From a virus (taxonomy: Duplodnaviria > Caudoviricetes): DNA of 37,329 bases. Under the pieces are notes generated by a model. The model was not told the DNA's origin. It was given only the letters and a program-made list of their open reading frames with translations, and searched no databases. Position numbers and translations under genes: made by a program. The stretch's first letter is position 1; each line of letters begins with the position of its first letter. The stretch spans positions 1 through 37,329 of the IMG/VR virus record IMGVR_UViG_3300027656_000021; one strand, given 5' to 3'. This document shows, one piece after another, positions 32,496-37,329 of the stretch.

Positions 32496-35095
32496 GTTAT
32501 AACTGTCCTGTTATTGTTAAACGCAAGGTATTTATCGCTACCGTAACCTGTGACAGAATCTATTATGTATCGATCAATTTCATAATTTATCTGTTTGAAA
32601 TCAAAACCACTGTTTTTTATATTCAATAAAATGGCAGCGGATTGTCCTGGCTTACAGTAGCAAATTGGTACGGATTTGACAAATCCCAACTCTCTTTTCT
32701 GATTACTCTGTATACTGCGCATATACAGTGGCAAATACTCACGTTCAGTTTCACCTAGTTGTTTTATTCTAAATTGCCAGTTTGTCACACTGGCCGGGAA
32801 CCTAGTTTGTTGACTGCCTGCAAAGTAGTGCTGACTATCAGTGGTAACAATGTGATTGGGTCTGAATGCCCACGGGGCATCTTCATTCAACACATCTACG
32901 TCTCTGCTCCAAGTAACTGGTCTAGAATCTATATAGATTGGCAAAGGATCGTCGGCCATATTCACAGTCAATGCTGCACTGCCATTGCTGTTTTCCAACG
33001 GATCTATCATTTCTACATACACAACTTCGTAGACTACGGTGTTGGTTCCCACTATTTTGGCCTGTGCTGTTTGTACAGCACCGAATCTAAAACGTTTTTT
33101 CTTGTGATTTCTACCCATGGCCTCTACATATCGCGCGGCATCCACTGTTTCGATTCCGCCATAGATAATCATTTTGAGATCTCTCTGTATGCCAAAGTTG
33201 CTGTCGCCCAGTCTATAAATTAAATTGGGATTGAAAATATTAGTGTCGTTGACAAAGTCTGCAAATACAGTTCGTTCGGTGGGTTTTAAAAATGGTCTTA
33301 CACTGATGTTGCTGTATAGTTTGTCATTGGGCGTGCTGATTACCAGCGAGAATGCTTGATCTATCTGACTGTACAAGAATTGGTCTCTGGCCCGCACAGT
33401 GAACTGGTAATTGCGATCCAGTGTGGTAGTGTTGGCATCGATGATAAAATCACCACCGTCAAAAGTGATAATACCAGCAGCACCAGCAGTGCCAAATTGA
33501 TTTACCTTGCCAGTGATCTGTCCGTTGAGACTTAGGGTCAATCCTGGAGGTAATTGTCCGCTGATCAACTGATAGATCACAATGGCATTGGGTACAGTGG
33601 TGCTGGCTTCTACGGCCAAGGTGGATATGATGTTGGCATTTATGTTGCCAAGATTACCAGCAGTAATGAATTTAATTGTGCTGTCTACTTCACCTAAAAT
33701 ATTCACTGTAAATATTCTCGAAGCAAATGCACTTTCATTGTTGGTAAAAAATCTAGTGGCTCGCACACTGAATTTGTAACCAACAGTGATAGCCGGCTGG
33801 TAAGGAACATTTCCAAAAATTTCTGCAGTGGCAGCATCAAATGTCATCCCTGAAGGCAATATACTCTCAGAGCCTATCAATACTCGTGTATCGTTGGGCA
33901 CCGACACTGCCAGTGCAGGACTAATTTGCAGTCTATAGGTTGTGGAATTCACAGCCACAACCCCAATGATACTGTAAATTTGACCAGTTGCATTGGGCAA
34001 TGTGTCGCTGAGTCTAAATTTCATCCCAGTTTCGGGAATTGCAGATACATTTTGCACACGAATATATGCAGCACCTTCGACGTTTTCATCCGCAGCAACT
34101 TTGATAGATCTACTGACAATTTCTGGATTCACTGCTTCCAGTGCGTATATTGCTTGAGGTAATCCTGGAATATCATCGTATGTTTCTAAAATGTAAGTTT
34201 GATAATTGTTAGCACGTTTCAACCCTAGATAACTGGCAGTGGTCCAGATCGGTGTTCTGGCAAATGTTACATCTGCAGTAAACACTCCGGTGCCTGATTG
34301 CATTATAACGTTGTCTGCTCTTAAAAAGTCATCACCTACAACAAATATTCTAAATTTACGTTTTGCCACAGTGTCACCGTCTGTTACACTGACAATAAAT
34401 TCATAGTTTCTGTTGAGTTTTTTTGGCAGGGTCGCACCAGTGCTGTAATCATAAAATATACTGTCATAAACAAAACTATCGTACCCATTAGTTGATCGTT
34501 GACCAAAATCGTACGCCACTGCATCATACAAACTATTACTGTAAGATCCGTCACCGTCATCAACTTCAACTACTAACAGCGGTTGTATGAATCCTGTGAT
34601 ACGACCTGATCTAGTCAGTATCAATCCGGGTGGCAATTCACCGTCACCGCTGGAAATAAAATAAGTTAGCGTTTGATTTGCCGCAGTGTCAAAATCAGTG
34701 GCCTGCAATTGAAAATCTACAAAACTGTTGTCTATGATGAAAAAAGCATTGTTGGGTCCAACTGGCAACAGGCCTGCGTTGGTTTGCCATTCTGGCTCAT
34801 CTGCACCGGTGATGGTCATTTTATAAGTGCGGTCGGCAAAGGCAGTGCCCAGGGTTGCTCGAATACAGAATTTAAATTCTGTTTCTCTAGGGACTTCGAA
34901 CGGTGTGCCTCTGATATGATCTGCATCAATGCGTAGTCCCGGCGGCAACTGACCTGAAATTACAGAAAAGGCTATACCTGTGCTGTCGTCAAAATTATTT
35001 TGATAAGACACTGGCAATTGAAAATCCAACACAGTACGCTCGGCAATAGTGCCAAAACTGTAATTACTTTGCTCTGTCCAGATTTCTAAAGGCAT
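32492..35095 (-). CDS. baseplate-wedge-like protein with repeated putative Ig (He_PIG-like) domains
   Basis: Repeated SGQLPPGL..L...G.I.G motifs (about 4 copies). Confidence 0.7.
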   Translation of the reverse strand: MPLEIWTEQSNYSFGTIAERTVLDFQLPVSYQNNFDDSTGIAFSVISGQLPPGLRIDADHIRGTPFEVPRETEFKFCIRATLGTAFADRTYKMTITGADEPEWQTNAGLLPVGPNNAFFIIDNSFVDFQLQATDFDTAANQTLTYFISSGDGELPPGLILTRSGRITGFIQPLLVVEVDDGDGSYSNSLYDAVAYDFGQRSTNGYDSFVYDSIFYDYSTGATLPKKLNRNYEFIVSVTDGDTVAKRKFRIFVVGDDFLRADNVIMQSGTGVFTADVTFARTPIWTTASYLGLKRANNYQTYILETYDDIPGLPQAIYALEAVNPEIVSRSIKVAADENVEGAAYIRVQNVSAIPETGMKFRLSDTLPNATGQIYSIIGVVAVNSTTYRLQISPALAVSVPNDTRVLIGSESILPSGMTFDAATAEIFGNVPYQPAITVGYKFSVRATRFFTNNESAFASRIFTVNILGEVDSTIKFITAGNLGNINANIISTLAVEASTTVPNAIVIYQLISGQLPPGLTLSLNGQITGKVNQFGTAGAAGIITFDGGDFIIDANTTTLDRNYQFTVRARDQFLYSQIDQAFSLVISTPNDKLYSNISVRPFLKPTERTVFADFVNDTNIFNPNLIYRLGDSNFGIQRDLKMIIYGGIETVDAARYVEAMGRNHKKKRFRFGAVQTAQAKIVGTNTVVYEVVYVEMIDPLENSNGSAALTVNMADDPLPIYIDSRPVTWSRDVDVLNEDAPWAFRPNHIVTTDSQHYFAGSQQTRFPASVTNWQFRIKQLGETEREYLPLYMRSIQSNQKRELGFVKSVPICYCKPGQSAAILLNIKNSGFDFKQINYEIDRYIIDSVTGYGSDKYLAFNNNRTVIT

Positions 35096-35104
35096 TGAAA
35101 CTCC

Positions 35105-36079
35105 TTAAACTACCACAGTCCAAACAGAATTAATATAAATCATTAAATGTTGAAGACCATCTAAGCCACCATTCCATGTGGTACCGTCGCACACTGCCAT
35201 CATGCCTGCTACTCCGACGGGTTGGGCATTCTGTGGCGGCATGGTCATGGTGCTGGCTTTGAACAGTATGCCATCTAACCCCACGCTACCAGTGCCGTTG
35301 GCAGCGATTGCTAAATTTTGATTAGTTGTCAATGCTGTGATGGTGTTGGTTTTCCAAGTGCCACTAGATGACAATTCTGCCCTAGTGGCCAAACTGGTAC
35401 CGTTGTCAGTGTCAAAAGAAATTTTTGTTGGAATTCGGCCCACCGGGGGTGTTCCTTCTACAGTTACACTAATAGCTGCTCCGTCAATCCTTGCATTGTT
35501 GTATCCTGTAAAATTAATATACGCAAGTTTGTCACCGTCTAGCACATTCAATCGCGCAGCGGCTGTTCCCCTAGTTCGATAAAGATTAAAATTCACAGCA
35601 CTGGCAGTGTTATGGTGTTGCGCAAAGTAAAAACCTTGCGCAAACGTACTGCTATAAGTGTTTCTGGTAATGTATAGATTACCGTCAACTAAAGTATCGT
35701 TGCGTCCAATAGCCACTCTGGTATTTGAAGTAATATTTAATTCATCAGTTTTAGATATATTGCCCACATCGCTGATTGTTAACGATCCTTGTAGTACTAG
35801 ATTCCCAGTGCCGCCTGCATTGATATTAACGGGGTTATTGCCAGCACTGGTAATGGTAAATCCGTTGACATCTAAATCACCACCTAGTTGTGGTGTGGTA
35901 TCGTTGACAATATCGGTTAATCCGCTGCCAGAAACCAACGTTCCTCCAGCAGTGGAGCCGTCCCCGACATATACCAGTTTTGTATCTGTAGTATAGATTA
36001 ATTCTCCAGCTACAGGAGCACTTGCACCAGTTAACGTTAATCGTTGTGCGTTTGTTCCTCGTCTTAATTGTAAAGCCAT
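35105..36079 (-). CDS. tail fibre-like protein
   Basis: MALQLRRGT...GELIYTTDTKLVYVGDG (Mtd-N/hyaluronidase-like start); DTTPQLGGDLD motif. Confidence 0.75.
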   Translation of the reverse strand: MALQLRRGTNAQRLTLTGASAPVAGELIYTTDTKLVYVGDGSTAGGTLVSGSGLTDIVNDTTPQLGGDLDVNGFTITSAGNNPVNINAGGTGNLVLQGSLTISDVGNISKTDELNITSNTRVAIGRNDTLVDGNLYITRNTYSSTFAQGFYFAQHHNTASAVNFNLYRTRGTAAARLNVLDGDKLAYINFTGYNNARIDGAAISVTVEGTPPVGRIPTKISFDTDNGTSLATRAELSSSGTWKTNTITALTTNQNLAIAANGTGSVGLDGILFKASTMTMPPQNAQPVGVAGMMAVCDGTTWNGGLDGLQHLMIYINSVWTVVV

Positions 36080-36095
36080 TTTGATATCCTAAATA

Positions 36096-37169
36096 TTAAA
36101 AAGATCCTAGATCTAATGTGAACCCTTCCGGGCTGGCAAATGTTCCAAAGTCTAAATTGCCACCTCCACCTGCTGCCACTGATCCTGGAACCCAGTTAGT
36201 TCCATTCCATACCAATGCTTGTCCACTTGTGGGTGGGGTTGACACGGTATTAACATCTGCCAGTGCATTAATACTTGATGTTGTATAAACACCATTGGTA
36301 ACTGTGCCGGCATTACCTGTTACATTGCCAGTTACATTACCGACTAAGTTTCCACTTAGGTTTCCAGAAAGACTTATATCATTGGCATACAGAGTGTTGA
36401 CCACTGTTAACAAATCAACAGTGCCCTGTGTTGAATCAAAGTTTCCGTATATCGTGCCCGACACTGTGAAGTTGTTGGCAACTTCTCCGTTGTGTCCCAA
36501 TCCCACTGTGCCGTTCACACTGCCTAGATCTACTCTAACAGCATTTTGCCCAACAAACACATAATTTGCAGTTTCGTTAAAAACATAAGCACTGGTGTTG
36601 GTAGTTTTCAATCTGCCGTTGTTGGTAATCACAATGTCGTCATTGACTTGTAATTCCCCAGCCACGGTGGTAAGTCCTGTTGTTTTACCAATGTTTAAAA
36701 AGTTTGCTGCTGCGGCAAGATTCACAGTGGTAGCAGTGGCATTGACTAAATTAAAAGTTCCAGCAGTGGTTGTTAGATCACCACCGTTGACAGCAACATC
36801 ACCGGTGCTGGTTATAGAACCAGTTATGCTGACATTACCTGTTCCTGTAACATCAAATCCTCCCAATACTAGATTTCCGCCTAGTTGGGGTGCTGTGTCT
36901 CTAGTGATGTCGATAATACTGGTCACAGTGATATTATCAGTACTTTCCACCACAGTCATACCAGTACCAGCCACTACAGATCTCAACTGTAAATTATCAC
37001 CAACTTTTTCTTTAAAAACTCGTGCGCCTGCACCAATGTTGTTGGCAGTGACTGCACTGGTAAGATCTAAAAATGCAAAATTTGCGTTGACTTTTTCAAA
37101 GGCCGTGCGTAGATCGTCGCCAGTGCTGGAATTAGCGTAAGTTCCTAAATTAACTGTTTGAATTGTCAT
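36096..37169 (-). CDS. baseplate gp9/gp10-like N-terminus tail/fibre protein
   Basis: NLGTYANSSTGDDLRTAFEKVNANF; DTAPQLGGNL; GNVTGNVTGN; GQALVWNGTNW. Confidence 0.75.
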   Translation of the reverse strand: MTIQTVNLGTYANSSTGDDLRTAFEKVNANFAFLDLTSAVTANNIGAGARVFKEKVGDNLQLRSVVAGTGMTVVESTDNITVTSIIDITRDTAPQLGGNLVLGGFDVTGTGNVSITGSITSTGDVAVNGGDLTTTAGTFNLVNATATTVNLAAAANFLNIGKTTGLTTVAGELQVNDDIVITNNGRLKTTNTSAYVFNETANYVFVGQNAVRVDLGSVNGTVGLGHNGEVANNFTVSGTIYGNFDSTQGTVDLLTVVNTLYANDISLSGNLSGNLVGNVTGNVTGNAGTVTNGVYTTSSINALADVNTVSTPPTSGQALVWNGTNWVPGSVAAGGGGNLDFGTFASPEGFTLDLGSF

Positions 37170-37187
37170 AATCCGCTCTCTTTAGTA

Positions 37188-37193
37188 TATTTA
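37188..37193 (-). promoter_or_regulatory. TAAATA late promoter core
   Basis: Intergenic GGTAAATA upstream of ATG 37169. Confidence 0.45.
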
Positions 37194-37196
37194 CCG

Positions 37197-37329
37197 TTAA
37201 GTCAATCTAACAAAAACCTGTCCACCAGTGCCAGTTTTATGATAGGGGTTCCCCACTGCCACACTGGCCGCTGCCGCTGCCGCATCATCTGCGTATGGTC
37301 CAGGAATACTGCGAATATCATCGCCGTTG
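37197..37329 (-). CDS. C-terminus of a tail-fibre-like protein (5' part outside window)
   Basis: Hand translation ...NGDDIRSIPGPYADDAAAAAASVAVGNPYHKTGTGGQVFVRLT*. Confidence 0.6.
   Translation of the reverse strand, partial: NGDDIRSIPGPYADDAAAAAASVAVGNPYHKTGTGGQVFVRLT

Noticed and set aside
361-37140. Numerous plus-strand ORFs antisense to long genes (e.g. 5527-6009, 7212-7631, 12279-12707, 32759-33223, 36595-37140)
   Set aside because: Shadow frames of well-supported minus-strand genes, with no recognisable motifs.
1-37329. Stop-codon reassignment
   Set aside because: None of the accepted genes ends in TAG, but all read intact and densely packed in the standard code, so TAG is avoided rather than recoded here.

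Overview
37.3 kb of a large T4-like (myovirus-type) dsDNA phage, almost all on the minus strand. The host is probably Gram-negative (embedded Rz/Rz1-type spanin pair, sigma70-type promoters). Left end: a TGT/DpdA-like transglycosylase (partial, missing from the ORF track), a sliding clamp, a family-B DNA polymerase and a DsbA-like protein. From about 5.3 to 19.7 kb is a block of probable head/ejection proteins whose N-termini resemble the T4 capsid-targeting sequence. Three of these ORFs look like polyproteins: unrelated modules joined in frame at a short DNA repeat (consensus CAAGGTGTGGCGGAA, encoding QGVAE) that is conserved even at a synonymous position. This is the most interesting signal: a candidate cassette-exchange system whose junction may also encode a prohead-protease site. 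Right half: ClpA/DnaJ/GroES chaperones, a lysis cassette with a possible endolysin remnant, PhoH, clamp loader, a MazG-like protein, a truncated DnaE fragment and baseplate/tail-fibre genes. No tRNA, CRISPR array, integrase or recombinase was seen. All family calls come from motif recognition by eye; no searches were run.
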